Shown here piece after piece: positions 50,605 to 60,119 of a stretch of 64,000 nt of DNA; position 1 is the stretch's first letter; the number at the start of each line of letters is the position of its first letter. The stretch is from Hyalangium minutum. GTDB taxonomy: Bacteria > Myxococcota > Myxococcia > Myxococcales > Myxococcaceae. Location: NCBI RefSeq assembly GCF_000737315.1, contig NZ_JMCB01000015.1, positions 186,001 to 250,000 of the forward strand. The letters are read 5' to 3'. Position numbers and translations under genes: made by a program. Under the pieces are notes generated by a model that was not told where the DNA came from, made no database searches, and saw only the letters and a list, made by a program, of their open reading frames with translations.

Positions 50605-52145
50605 TTCCGGGCCTTGGCCCACACGCGCTTCATCCAGGCCTCGACGTCCTTCGCCGTGCGGGGGATGGCGCCGGAGAGCACCTTGCAGCCGCGGGCGGTG
50701 ACGACGATGTCATCCTCGATGCGCACGCCAATGCCTCGGTAGCGCGCGGGCACCGTCAGGTCATCCGTCTGGAAGTAGAGGCCGGGCTCCACCGTGAGCA
50801 CCATGCCGGCCTGGAGCTTGCCGTACTTGTAGACCTCCTGGCGCGCCTGGGCGCAGTCGTGCACGTCCAGGCCCAGCATGTGGCTGACGTTGTGCAGCGA
50901 GTAGCGCTTGTAGAACTGGTGCTCGTCCTTCAGCGCCTCCTCGGCGTTGGGGAGGATGCCCAGCTTCTGCAGGCCGTGGGCGAGCACGCGCATGGCCACG
51001 CGGTTGGGCTCCATGAAGTCGTTGCCCGGCTTCACGGCCTTGATGGCCTGCTCCTGGGCCTCGAGCACCAGCTCGTAGATCTCCCGCTGCTCTTTGGAGA
51101 ACTTGCCGGAGACGGGGAGGGTGCGGGTGATGTCGGCGGTGTAGAGACTGTGGGCCTCGACACCGGCGTCCAGCAGGAGCAGCTCGCCCTTTTTCACCGG
51201 GCCGTCGTTGCGCGTCCAGTGGAGCACGCACGCGTGCGAGCCAGCGGCGGCGATGGTGCCGTAGCCCACGTCATTGCCCTCCACGCGGGCGCGCAGGTTG
51301 AAGACGCCCTCCACCTCGCGCTCGCTCTTGGCGGACTTGAGGTTGCGGATGACGTCCTCGAAGCCGCGCTGGGTGGAGTCGATGGCGGCCTGCAGCTCGC
51401 GCAGCTCCTGGGCGTCCTTGAGCAGGCGCATCTCCGAGAGGAACTGGGCCAGCTCCTTGTCCCGCTCGGCCTGGGCCAGCTCCTTGTCCCGCTCGGCCTG
51501 GGCAGGCAGCACGTCGTCCACCTTGGCGGAGAAGCTGCGCAGCACGCGGGAGGGCCGGGACACGGCGCCGTGGAGCCCGCTGAGGTAGCTGGGCAGCTCG
51601 GGAAGGCCGCGCGCCTCGTCCACGCCGTAGCGGGTCTGGCTCTCCTTCACTCCGAGCCGGGGGCCTACCCACAGCTCGCCCTTGTTGCGATCGGTGAAGA
51701 AGGTGGCGTCGCTGCGGCCCGGGTTGGGCTCGACGAAGAGGATGTCCGTGTGGCCGCCGCCCTCCTTGGGCTGGAGCACGAGGACGCAGTCCGGTTCGGT
51801 GTTGCCGGTGAGGTAGTAGAAGTCCGTGCCCGGGCGGAAGCGGTAGTAGGTGTCGTTGGCGCGCACCTTCTCGTGGCCGGTGGGGATGACGAGCGTCTCA
51901 CCGGGGAAGCGCTGGGAGAGGGCCTTGCGACGGGCGCGGAAGGAGTCCGCGTGCTTGAGCTTGGGAGGAAGCTTCCGGTGGGCGGGCTTCCAGCGCTTCA
52001 TCATGAAGTCGAGCAGCGCGGGAGGCGGCACGGTGTCGTGGCCGGCGGGCTTGGCAGCCTGGGGCTCGGAGGTGACGGGCTGGGCAGGCTGGGCAGCAGC
52101 CTCGGCGGCGGCGTTCTGGGCGGCGGCTTCGGACTGGGTCGTCAT
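50601..52145 (-). CDS. pepP: Xaa-Pro aminopeptidase (aminopeptidase P)
   Basis: FYYLTG.TEPD, LLDAG, ADITRT, HMLGLDVHD, TVEPG and GVRIEDD metal-binding motifs; start MTTQSE at 52145. Confidence 0.93.
   Translation of the reverse strand: MTTQSEAAAQNAAAEAAAQPAQPVTSEPQAAKPAGHDTVPPPALLDFMMKRWKPAHRKLPPKLKHADSFRARRKALSQRFPGETLVIPTGHEKVRANDTYYRFRPGTDFYYLTGNTEPDCVLVLQPKEGGGHTDILFVEPNPGRSDATFFTDRNKGELWVGPRLGVKESQTRYGVDEARGLPELPSYLSGLHGAVSRPSRVLRSFSAKVDDVLPAQAERDKELAQAERDKELAQFLSEMRLLKDAQELRELQAAIDSTQRGFEDVIRNLKSAKSEREVEGVFNLRARVEGNDVGYGTIAAAGSHACVLHWTRNDGPVKKGELLLLDAGVEAHSLYTADITRTLPVSGKFSKEQREIYELVLEAQEQAIKAVKPGNDFMEPNRVAMRVLAHGLQKLGILPNAEEALKDEHQFYKRYSLHNVSHMLGLDVHDCAQARQEVYKYGKLQAGMVLTVEPGLYFQTDDLTVPARYRGIGVRIEDDIVVTARGCKVLSGAIPRTAKDVEAWMKRVWAKARK
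51444..51497. repeat. Perfect 27-bp tandem duplication inside pepP
   Basis: CTGGGCCAGCTCCTTGTCCCGCTCGGC occurs twice, giving QAERDKELA-QAERDKELA. Confidence 0.95.
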
Positions 52146-52188
52146 AGGTGGGCAACTCTTCATCAACCGCGAGTGTGGCTTCAAGCCC

Positions 52189-52944
52189 TCAACGGCCAGA
52201 AGGGGGTGAGATGTTCTCTCGGAGAAGTGCCACTTGCCCCAGGAGCACGGGAACGGCTGTTTCTACCCGGAGGATGCGTGGGCCGAGAGTGAAGGGGTGG
52301 AAGCCGTGGGCTTCGAGCAGCTCGGCCTCGAAGGGGACCCAGCCGCCGTCCGGGCCGATGGCCAGCACCACCCGGGGGGCGGAGGACACGCCGAGGGTGG
52401 CCAGCGGCTGGCGGGCCGGAGGGTGGGGGAGCAGCCGGAGGGCTTCCCGGCCGAAGAGGGAGCCCAGCTCGTCCTCGACAAAGGGGCGGAAGCGCTCGCG
52501 GACGAGCACTTCGGGGAGGTGGGTGTCCCGGGCCTGTTCGAGCCCCTGGAGGAGGAGTTCCTGGAGGAAGGCGGGGGCGAGGACCTTGGAGTCGAAGTAG
52601 CTCTTCTCGACGCGGGCGGCGTTGACAAGCACCACGCGATCCACGCCCAGCGAAGCCACCGCGGGCAGCACCTTCTTGAGGGCCTTGGGGCGGGGGATGG
52701 CGAGCAGCAGGTCCACACCGGCGCGGGCCGGTGGCGGATCGGCGAGGGCGACGCGGAGGTGGAGGAGGCCCTCGGTGTTCTCCAGGACTTCGCCCGTTCC
52801 GGTGAGGCCCCCGAGCCGGCCCACGCGCAGCGTTTCGCCGGGTTCGGCGCGGAGCACCTCGCGGGCGTGTTGGGCTCGGCGCCCGGTGAGGCGGGCGCTG
52901 CCGTCAGGCTGGAAGTCCTCGTCGAGGAGCAGGAGCAGGTTCAC
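52189..52944 (-). CDS. rsmE: 16S rRNA (uracil-1498-N3)-methyltransferase
   Basis: IGPDGGW and LGPRILRVETA SPOUT motifs. Confidence 0.9.
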   Translation of the reverse strand: MNLLLLLDEDFQPDGSARLTGRRAQHAREVLRAEPGETLRVGRLGGLTGTGEVLENTEGLLHLRVALADPPPARAGVDLLLAIPRPKALKKVLPAVASLGVDRVVLVNAARVEKSYFDSKVLAPAFLQELLLQGLEQARDTHLPEVLVRERFRPFVEDELGSLFGREALRLLPHPPARQPLATLGVSSAPRVVLAIGPDGGWVPFEAELLEAHGFHPFTLGPRILRVETAVPVLLGQVALLRENISPPSGR

Positions 52945-52962
52945 GCCAGATCCTTGGGATGG

Positions 52963-53934
52963 TCAGTGGAGTTTGCGCAGTGCGGCCACGGCGTCATCAA
53001 AGACCTTGGCGAAGACCGGATCATCTGCGGGACGGCGCTTTTCGAGGAGCGGGATGTCCTCGGGGCGTCCTACCAGCCCGAGCACGACTGCCGCAGGTAA
53101 GGCGCTGCCCATGGAAGGGAGAGCGACGAGGCGCTGTGCCACGACCCTCAGCCTGGCGCGTGCATGCTCCGGTAAGGCAGGGATAAATCGTTTTCGGTCT
53201 CCCAACAACAGGCTGAACAGGCGCTCACAGTAATACGCGGTGTCACCATCCTGGCTTTGCGCCTGCTCGCTCACGGAGTCAGCCGTGGCAACGAACGCGG
53301 GCAAGAGGAGCAGTAGCGAAGCGGGAACATCCTCCTCAAGCACGACGAGGACTTGCGTTTTATTGTCGATGGGAATCGATGCATCGCGAGCCCATGTATC
53401 CAAAGCTTCCGGAGACTTCTCCAACAAGACCAACAACCCATGGAGGTCATTGGGTTCTGGTAGGGTGCGTGTCTCCAGGCTCCGCCGCAGGATGGGGATC
53501 AGATCTGGGTGGCGCTGTCGCCAGAGCGCACGTGCCAGCTCATTCACGTCCGGAATCTCGGGCTTGCTGGACGCCAGTCGCTCCAGCTTTCGAACGAGCG
53601 ACGCTCGCGCGCGAGTGCCTTTGATACGTCCCAGCGCCCGGACAATGTCCTCCACGACGGCCCCACTGCCATGATCCCCTCGGGCTTCTTCAACGGCGAG
53701 CTGTTGTTCCAACCGACTAGCGCTGGCGGGGCCACCGAGCTCACCCAGCCCAAACGCAGCCGCTTGTCGTACGAGCGACTCCGAGTCGCCTAGCATGGTT
53801 TCTAGAACGGTCCGTATCTGCCGAGGTCCTGCTCCCAGTTGGGCCACCAGTTCTCGCACGCGGGCCTCGTTACCCCACCTGAACTCCTGGACCAGCTCTT
53901 CCTGGATGCGTGCCAAGTCGATCTTGGTGGACAT
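52963..53934 (-). CDS. HEAT-repeat protein, candidate immunity protein
   Basis: VRQAAAFGLGELG HEAT-like repeat; 19 bp downstream of the toxin-like gene; less GC3-biased codons. Confidence 0.65.
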   Translation of the reverse strand: MSTKIDLARIQEELVQEFRWGNEARVRELVAQLGAGPRQIRTVLETMLGDSESLVRQAAAFGLGELGGPASASRLEQQLAVEEARGDHGSGAVVEDIVRALGRIKGTRARASLVRKLERLASSKPEIPDVNELARALWRQRHPDLIPILRRSLETRTLPEPNDLHGLLVLLEKSPEALDTWARDASIPIDNKTQVLVVLEEDVPASLLLLLPAFVATADSVSEQAQSQDGDTAYYCERLFSLLLGDRKRFIPALPEHARARLRVVAQRLVALPSMGSALPAAVVLGLVGRPEDIPLLEKRRPADDPVFAKVFDDAVAALRKLH

Positions 53935-53953
53935 GTCGATTTCACATCTCTTC

Positions 53954-55318
53954 CTAGGGGAACTTCACCCCGGCGGGCACGTACCTTCTCACCAAGGTCC
54001 CGTCGAGCAGGTACAGCTCATGGATGGCCTTCGGATCCGCCCGTTGCATGGCTTCGAAAGCTGCCAACTCTCGTTTCAGATCACGTACGTTGGAGACATA
54101 GTTGGTGTTGTGCCGCACGCCATCAGGCCTCAGGGAGGACGCGTCGGGCCTCCGGAAGCGGGGACCATCGGCTGATTCTGAATCAAAGCGGGGCCTGTTC
54201 TTGGCATCCACTTGCGCCTTGTTCTTCCGAAGCTGGGAGTGCCCTGCTGCCTCTCGGGCCGCCAACTCTTCTTCGATGGTCTCGTTGTGAGGGGGATTCG
54301 ACCGGGTGTGAGGAGGCCCATAGCGGGTGGACAGCTCCGTCGCGCACAGGGCCAGCCCACCGCACATCCGCGCCGCGGCCTCGCCCGCCGCTACGCCGCC
54401 GAGGATGAGGCTGCCATCCGCTACCACCCTGGCTGTGGCTGCGGCTTCGACGGCCAAGCCTCCTTCCACGGCGTATGAAGGTGGGCCTAGCAGGGCACCC
54501 AGTCCTCCCGGAGGCACTGTCGGGGCAGTCTTGGCCACTCCCATGCTGGCCACCATCACCAGTACTCGCAGCATTGTCCCTCCCACCGACTTGCCGAAGT
54601 GCTCCGAGGCTGTTTCCAGCTCCTTCTCGGAGCGGGCGGCCTCGGACTCGCGGTAGAGCCGCAGGCACGCCAGCGCCAGGTTCGCCACCTCGATCATCCC
54701 CACCGTAAGGGCCAGGGCCGCTGTCAGCGTCACCGCGAAGGCCTTGGAGAAGAACGGCTCGGGGTTCAGCCACGCCCCCAGGTACACGGCCACTGACAGG
54801 CACACGCTGGTCAGGAACACGGGTGAGCTGAACAACTCCCGAGCGGCCGCACGGACCCCAGGGCCCATGTAGTGGGGGGACCGCTTCAACGCCTCGTAGA
54901 GGCGGCTGTGTGCCCACGTCTCTGGCAGAGGCAATAGGGCACTTCCGAAGCGCGACAGGAACCGCTCGCGCAGGTGTCGCTCCCAGCCCTGGCCGTCCGC
55001 CTCGTTCAGCAGCCTGAGTCCTGATGATGGGAGGACTCGGATCTCTGGCCGCTCAGCCAGCACGGCCGCGTGGAAGACCGTGAGTACCGATTGGGCCTCC
55101 TCCACGCTCAGCGTTTCGAGCGCCGGGTCGAAGGCTATCGGCTCGAAGGAGAGCCGGACCCTGCCCCCAGAGAGTGGGCTGGGCTTCACGAGCCTGGGCG
55201 CTGCCGCTCGAAGGGTGTCCGTATGGGACGTGGCACATGCCGCCGGGAGGACGAGGAAGCAGAGGAGGGCGAGCCGCGTCGGCAAGGGAAGTCCGCTCAC
55301 ACGCCCAGCATGCCTCAA
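53954..55318 (-). CDS. SitA5-like polymorphic lipoprotein toxin with a putative nuclease C-terminal domain
   Basis: Lipobox PAAC; PEPFFSKAFAVTLT and ELETASEHFGKSVGGTMLRVLV resemble the SitA5-type escort region; charged C-terminus with RRPD. Start is TTG 55318 or GTG 55300. Confidence 0.7.
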   Translation of the reverse strand: MRHAGRVSGLPLPTRLALLCFLVLPAACATSHTDTLRAAAPRLVKPSPLSGGRVRLSFEPIAFDPALETLSVEEAQSVLTVFHAAVLAERPEIRVLPSSGLRLLNEADGQGWERHLRERFLSRFGSALLPLPETWAHSRLYEALKRSPHYMGPGVRAAARELFSSPVFLTSVCLSVAVYLGAWLNPEPFFSKAFAVTLTAALALTVGMIEVANLALACLRLYRESEAARSEKELETASEHFGKSVGGTMLRVLVMVASMGVAKTAPTVPPGGLGALLGPPSYAVEGGLAVEAAATARVVADGSLILGGVAAGEAAARMCGGLALCATELSTRYGPPHTRSNPPHNETIEEELAAREAAGHSQLRKNKAQVDAKNRPRFDSESADGPRFRRPDASSLRPDGVRHNTNYVSNVRDLKRELAAFEAMQRADPKAIHELYLLDGTLVRRYVPAGVKFP

Positions 55319-55446
55319 CTCCTCGAAGACGTGCCGTATGCAGGCCTCCAGGCGCCTTCCTCGCTCGAAGCAGCCGAGCGAGGGAGCAGGGTGGTCCGCT
55401 CGTGTGTCTGCTTGCCGCTCGGGTCCACCTGCCGTAAAGCGGGGGC

Positions 55447-56622
55447 GTGCGTCCCGTCTGCCTGCGCTGCCGCCGTCCCGAGGCTACGTGCTACTGCGCG
55501 CGTCTGCCGCGCCTGGAGACCCGTACGCGCGTCGTCTTCCTCCAGCACCCCCGCGAGCGCCGCGTAGCCATCGGCACTGCCCGCATGGCCCACCTCTCGC
55601 TCCCCAACTCCGAGCTCCACATCGGCGTGGACTTCACCGGCCACCGCCGCCTGGAAGAGCTCGCGGCCCACTCCGAGCGCGTCGCCGTGCTCTTCCCCGG
55701 CCCCGGCGCCATGACGCTCGAGGAGGCCCGCGCCCATCCGCCCGAGTCGCTCATCGTCGTGGACGGCACCTGGCCCCTGGCCAAGAAGGTCGTGAAGACC
55801 AACCCGCTCCTGGCCAGCCTGCCGCGCATCGGCTTCACCCCGCGCCGCCCCAGCAACTACCGCATCCGCGCCGAGCCCGCAGACCACTGCGTCTCCACTA
55901 TCGAGGCCGTCGTCGAGGTGCTCGGCGCCCTGGAGGGCGGAGACACCTCGCGCTTCGATGCCATGCTCCAGCCCTTCGAGTTCATGGTGGACACCCAGCT
56001 CGAGAGCCAGTCCCATCGCGACGATCCACCCCGCCGCCGCATCTTCAAGGCGCCCTGGCGTCCACCCTTGGAGCTGCGCTCGCTGGCCGACGAGCTCCCC
56101 CAGCTCGTGCTCCTGTACGCCGAGGCCAACGCCCACCCCGCCGAGGAGGGCATCCCTCCCGAATTGGTCCACCTCGTGGCCTGCCGCGTCGCCACGAATG
56201 AGCGCTTCGAGGCCCTGCTCGCCCCCCGTCAGCCGCTGGCCCGCAGCACGCCGCTGCACACGGAACTCCCTGAGGAGTCCCTCCGCGCGGGCGAGGACCG
56301 GGACCAGGCCCTGGCCCGCTTCGAGGCGTTCCTGCGCCCCGATGACGTGCTCGCCGTCTGGACCACCTACGCCCTGGATCTGCTCTGGCGCGATGGCGTC
56401 TCCCGCCGCGACGCCACGAACATCCGCCTCGCCACCGCTCGCGCGCTGAAGGGCAAGGCCGGAGGCGTGGAGCAGGCCGTGTCCGCCCTCAACGCCCAGC
56501 TCCCCGAGCGCTGGGCTCCCGGACGCGCGGGCCGCCGCATCCAGGCCCTGGAGGCCGTGGTTCGCGAGCTCATCCATCGCGGACAGGCCTTGCAGCCGCC
56601 TCTCAAGAAGAGCGGCTCCTGA
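55447..56622 (+). CDS. DTW domain protein (tRNA-uridine aminocarboxypropyltransferase family) with C-terminal extension
   Basis: CLRCRRP..TCYC, FLQHPRE, VDGTW, SNYRIR.EP and CVSTIEA motifs. Confidence 0.88.
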   Translation: MRPVCLRCRRPEATCYCARLPRLETRTRVVFLQHPRERRVAIGTARMAHLSLPNSELHIGVDFTGHRRLEELAAHSERVAVLFPGPGAMTLEEARAHPPESLIVVDGTWPLAKKVVKTNPLLASLPRIGFTPRRPSNYRIRAEPADHCVSTIEAVVEVLGALEGGDTSRFDAMLQPFEFMVDTQLESQSHRDDPPRRRIFKAPWRPPLELRSLADELPQLVLLYAEANAHPAEEGIPPELVHLVACRVATNERFEALLAPRQPLARSTPLHTELPEESLRAGEDRDQALARFEAFLRPDDVLAVWTTYALDLLWRDGVSRRDATNIRLATARALKGKAGGVEQAVSALNAQLPERWAPGRAGRRIQALEAVVRELIHRGQALQPPLKKSGS

Positions 56623-56634
56623 CCGGAGTCCTCC

Positions 56635-57753
56635 TCAGACGCGCTGGCTGCGGCCGAACGAAGTCCCCACAGTCGTCGCCGCGGGCCGCCACGGGAACGT
56701 GAGCCTGCGCAGCCGCCGCAGCAAGCGCGCCACCGCGTAGCAGGCCGCGAGCAGCCCCAGCCCGGCGAGCAGCGCGGGAACCAGCTCGAGCGTAGGGCCC
56801 ACCCGGTCGGACAGGCCCGGCGTCCCCGCCCAGCCGTACACCACGGGCAGGTGGAGCAGGTACACCCAGAGCGACAGCAGGCCCAAGGGCGCCAGCAGCC
56901 GGGTGAGCCGCACCGGCGCGAAGTTCGCCACGGCCAGCACGATCAGCCCCTGTCCCACGCGGAAGGCCACGAGCCATGCGCTCGTGGGAGCCCAATCCGC
57001 GGGGAGCTTCAGCGTGGCCCCCAGCATCCCCGCGCCCAGCGCCGCGAGCACCACGCCCTGAGGCCACCCCGGCCGCAGCATGCGCAGCAGCCAGGCCAAC
57101 AGCGAGCCCACGAAGAAGTAGCTGGCCCACGGGAAGAGCGTGAACTGGCTCCCGTCCATCCCCGTGGCTTGCCGCAGGGCGATGGGCAGGTTCGGCCCGA
57201 ATTGCCACACCGCCGGGCTCGCCAGCACGATGCCCACCGCCAGCACCCCGAGCACCAGCGTCCGGATCCGGCTCCCCCGCGCGAGCGAGAGCACGGTGGC
57301 CCCCACCAGCAAACTCGCGCCAATGCACTGGAGCGCATCGAACGCGAAGAGCTGGGCCATGAGCGCCTCGCTCCAGCCCAGCGCCTGGACGGCCTCCCAG
57401 CCTGGCCAGCGCAGCAGGTAGCCCAGGAAGATCAACAGGAGCGCTCGCCGCACGAGCCGCCCATAGATGCCCCGCGAGCCCTCCGTGCGGCGATCCATCG
57501 CGGCCACCACCGCCCAGCCGCTCACCAGCAGGAAGAGGGGCGCGGTGAGGCCACGCAGCGACCAGTAGTGCTGCACCCACTCGTTCTCGCGAGCGCTCGG
57601 AGACAGCAGGGCATGCAGCGTGTGGCCTATCACCATCGCCAGCACGGCGAAGCCGCGCGCCGCATCCAGCGCGGGATGGCGAGGAGGAGGCCGCAAGCTG
57701 AAGGAGCCCGAGAGAGGCACGCACGGATCAGCATAAGGGCGGCCCCCGCTCAA
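56635..57753 (-). CDS. DUF1624 / HGSNAT-like membrane acyltransferase
   Basis: LDAARGFAVLAMVIGH, APLFLLVSG, FDALQCIG, FPWASY and SLWVYLLH motifs. Start may be slightly downstream. Confidence 0.8.
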   Translation of the reverse strand: MSGGRPYADPCVPLSGSFSLRPPPRHPALDAARGFAVLAMVIGHTLHALLSPSARENEWVQHYWSLRGLTAPLFLLVSGWAVVAAMDRRTEGSRGIYGRLVRRALLLIFLGYLLRWPGWEAVQALGWSEALMAQLFAFDALQCIGASLLVGATVLSLARGSRIRTLVLGVLAVGIVLASPAVWQFGPNLPIALRQATGMDGSQFTLFPWASYFFVGSLLAWLLRMLRPGWPQGVVLAALGAGMLGATLKLPADWAPTSAWLVAFRVGQGLIVLAVANFAPVRLTRLLAPLGLLSLWVYLLHLPVVYGWAGTPGLSDRVGPTLELVPALLAGLGLLAACYAVARLLRRLRRLTFPWRPAATTVGTSFGRSQRV

Positions 57754-57849
57754 GCCCAGAATCCGGCCTGACAGGCGTACAGGGACTGTCAGTGTGGGTT
57801 CTCTCTACAGGCTTGTGGTGGGACGCGAAGGTGGGGGGCCGCTGGTAAG

Positions 57850-58956
57850 GTGCACGCCATGAAGGCGCCCTCTCGCCTCCAGCACTGCCTTGGACGCGCC
57901 ATCGCCCTCTGGGGGGTGCTCGGGGCGTTGGCGCTGCGGGCGATGGCCTCGTCACCCGAGCCCGTGAAGGCCCCCCCGCCACAACCGGAGCCTCTGCCCT
58001 ACGAGAAGCTGGTGGCGCCCTTCCAGCCGCCCCCCGCCGTGAGCAGCGCGCCCGCCCCCGAGGACACCGAGGCCCGCATTGCCCTGGGGCGGCTGCTCTT
58101 CTTCGACGCGCGGCTCTCCAAGAACCACGACGTCTCCTGCAACACCTGCCACGATCTGGCCACCAACGGGGCGGATCACCAGCCACTCTCCCAGGGGCAT
58201 CAGAAGCGGAAGGGCCGGCGCAACTCGCCCACCGTCTACAATGTCGGCGGCTACATCGCCCAGTTCTGGGACGGCCGAGCGCCCACCCTGGAGGTCCAGG
58301 CGGAGGGGCCCCTCTTCGATGAAGACGAGATGGCCATGCCGGACGACCGGCGCGTCCTGGCGACGCTCACCTCCATGCCGGAGTACGTGAAGCGCTTCCA
58401 GGCGGCCTTCCCGGGCGAGAAGAAGCCCGTCACGCTGAGCAACCTCACGCGGTCCCTCGCGGCCTTCCAGCGCCAGCTCACCACCCGCTCCCGCTTCGAT
58501 CGATTCCTCGCGGGCCAGCGGGAGGCGCTCACCGAGCAAGAGCGCCGCGGGCTGGAGCTCTTCGTCACCGCTGGCTGCGTCACCTGCCATAACGGGCCCG
58601 CGGTGGGCGGCACCTCTCTCCAGAAGCTGGGGCTCGTGGAGGCGTTCCCAAAGATTGCGGACCTCGGCCGGTACGAGGTGACGCGGGAGGAGGAGGACCG
58701 GATGAAGTTTCGCGTCCCCACGCTGCGCAACGTGGAGAAGACGGCGCCCTACCTTCATGACGGCTCCGTGGCGCAGCTGGACGAGATGGTTCGCGTCATG
58801 GCCCGGTACCAGCTCGGCAAGACGCTGAGCCCGGAGCAGGTGGAGTCGCTGGTGGCCTTCCTGCGCAGCCTCACCGGCGAGCTGCCCGCGCGCTACGCCG
58901 CCCCGCCCGAGCTCCCCAAGAGCACGCGCAAGACGCCCAAGCCCGACCCCACGTGA
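57850..58956 (+). CDS. Di-heme cytochrome c peroxidase (CCP/MauG family)
   Basis: LGRLLFFD.RLS, SCNTCH, RNSPTV, QFWDGRA, GCVTCHNG, FRVPTLRNV and APYLHDG motifs. Confidence 0.93.
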   Translation: MHAMKAPSRLQHCLGRAIALWGVLGALALRAMASSPEPVKAPPPQPEPLPYEKLVAPFQPPPAVSSAPAPEDTEARIALGRLLFFDARLSKNHDVSCNTCHDLATNGADHQPLSQGHQKRKGRRNSPTVYNVGGYIAQFWDGRAPTLEVQAEGPLFDEDEMAMPDDRRVLATLTSMPEYVKRFQAAFPGEKKPVTLSNLTRSLAAFQRQLTTRSRFDRFLAGQREALTEQERRGLELFVTAGCVTCHNGPAVGGTSLQKLGLVEAFPKIADLGRYEVTREEEDRMKFRVPTLRNVEKTAPYLHDGSVAQLDEMVRVMARYQLGKTLSPEQVESLVAFLRSLTGELPARYAAPPELPKSTRKTPKPDPT

Positions 58957-58997
58957 AGGGCAGTGCACGCTGCGCCCGCCGGTAGTAAGAGCGGGGC

Positions 58998-59399
58998 ATG
59001 AACTTCCTGTTCCAGGCCCACTCCGGCCTCCGCTACCTGGTCCTGCTCACGGGTGTCGTCTCCCTGGCCTACTTCGTGTCCGGCCTCGCCACGAAGCGCC
59101 CGGTGGACAAGGGCGTTCGCATCCTCGGCGCCGCCTTCACCGGCCTGCTCGATCTGCAGATCCTCCTCGGCATCGGCATGGTTGCCTTGGGGCGCTTCTA
59201 TCCGCAGCTCATCGGCCACATCGTGATGATGCTGCTGGCCGCCACGGTCACCCACGTGCTGCTCGTGGTGAACCGCAAGCGCCCCAACCCCGGCTACGTG
59301 CTCCCGGCGGTGGCCGTCGCGGTGGCCTTGGCGCTCATCTTCGGCGGCATCATGGCCATTGGCCGGGGCGTGCTCACCCACACCACCCCCGTGAGCTGA
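58998..59399 (+). CDS. Small four-helix membrane protein
   Basis: AHSGLRYLVL, DLQILLG and GHIVMMLLA; hydrophobic with strong GC3 bias. Confidence 0.75.
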   Translation: MNFLFQAHSGLRYLVLLTGVVSLAYFVSGLATKRPVDKGVRILGAAFTGLLDLQILLGIGMVALGRFYPQLIGHIVMMLLAATVTHVLLVVNRKRPNPGYVLPAVAVAVALALIFGGIMAIGRGVLTHTTPVS

Positions 59400-59415
59400 G
59401 GCGCGAGTCCGGACG

Positions 59416-60000
59416 TCAGTTCAGCAGATCCCGGCCGCGGAGCACCTCCGTGGCCAGCTCCTCGAGCGCCTCCGGCGGGAGGCACGTGCGCACCAGGGGG
59501 AACAGGTACTGCTCCTCCAGGTGGAGGTGGACCTCCATCAGGAGCATCAGCTGTTGGCTGCCCCGGGCCAGGGACTCGGCCAGCTCGCCGTAGCGCTCCG
59601 GCGAGTCCCGCAGCGTCAGCCACAGGGGCACCAGCTTGCTCAGGGCCTGCTCGATGGCCTCGTGCTGCAGCTTCATCCCCCACAGGTGCCGCATCATCTC
59701 CGTGGAGATCGTCGTGGTGAACAGGCGGGGCAGGAGGGCGAAGTCCTCGGCCTCGAAGTGCTGCGGCAGCCGCTGGGTGAAGTAGCGGGCCACGCGCGCC
59801 GCGGTCCCCGAGAGCTCCGCCGGAGTGGCTCCCTGCGCATGGCCCAGCCGGAGGGCCAGCGCGGTGAAGTGCCGGATGCGCTGCTGGCTCGCGAGCAGGA
59901 GCTGGAGCACATCCCTCTGCTCGGTCCGGGACTTGTCAGCGGAAGGGGGCAGGGGTGGGGAAAAGTGCATGGCTCGTGGGGCTGATCCAGACGTAATCAC
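59416..60000 (-). CDS. Hemerythrin domain protein
   Basis: QHFEAED, QHEAIE and HLHLEEQYLFP metal-ligand motifs. Start uncertain (59970 possible). Confidence 0.8.
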   Translation of the reverse strand: MITSGSAPRAMHFSPPLPPSADKSRTEQRDVLQLLLASQQRIRHFTALALRLGHAQGATPAELSGTAARVARYFTQRLPQHFEAEDFALLPRLFTTTISTEMMRHLWGMKLQHEAIEQALSKLVPLWLTLRDSPERYGELAESLARGSQQLMLLMEVHLHLEEQYLFPLVRTCLPPEALEELATEVLRGRDLLN

Positions 60001-60119
60001 GCCTTCTCAGAACCGCTACTGTAAGCCATGACTCCCAGTGGCTTCTATGTCCGGAAGGCCACCCGGAGTGTCCAGCCGGCGGCAGGCTCGTGTGGGCGGG
60101 GTTGCTATCGTCTCCGAGC

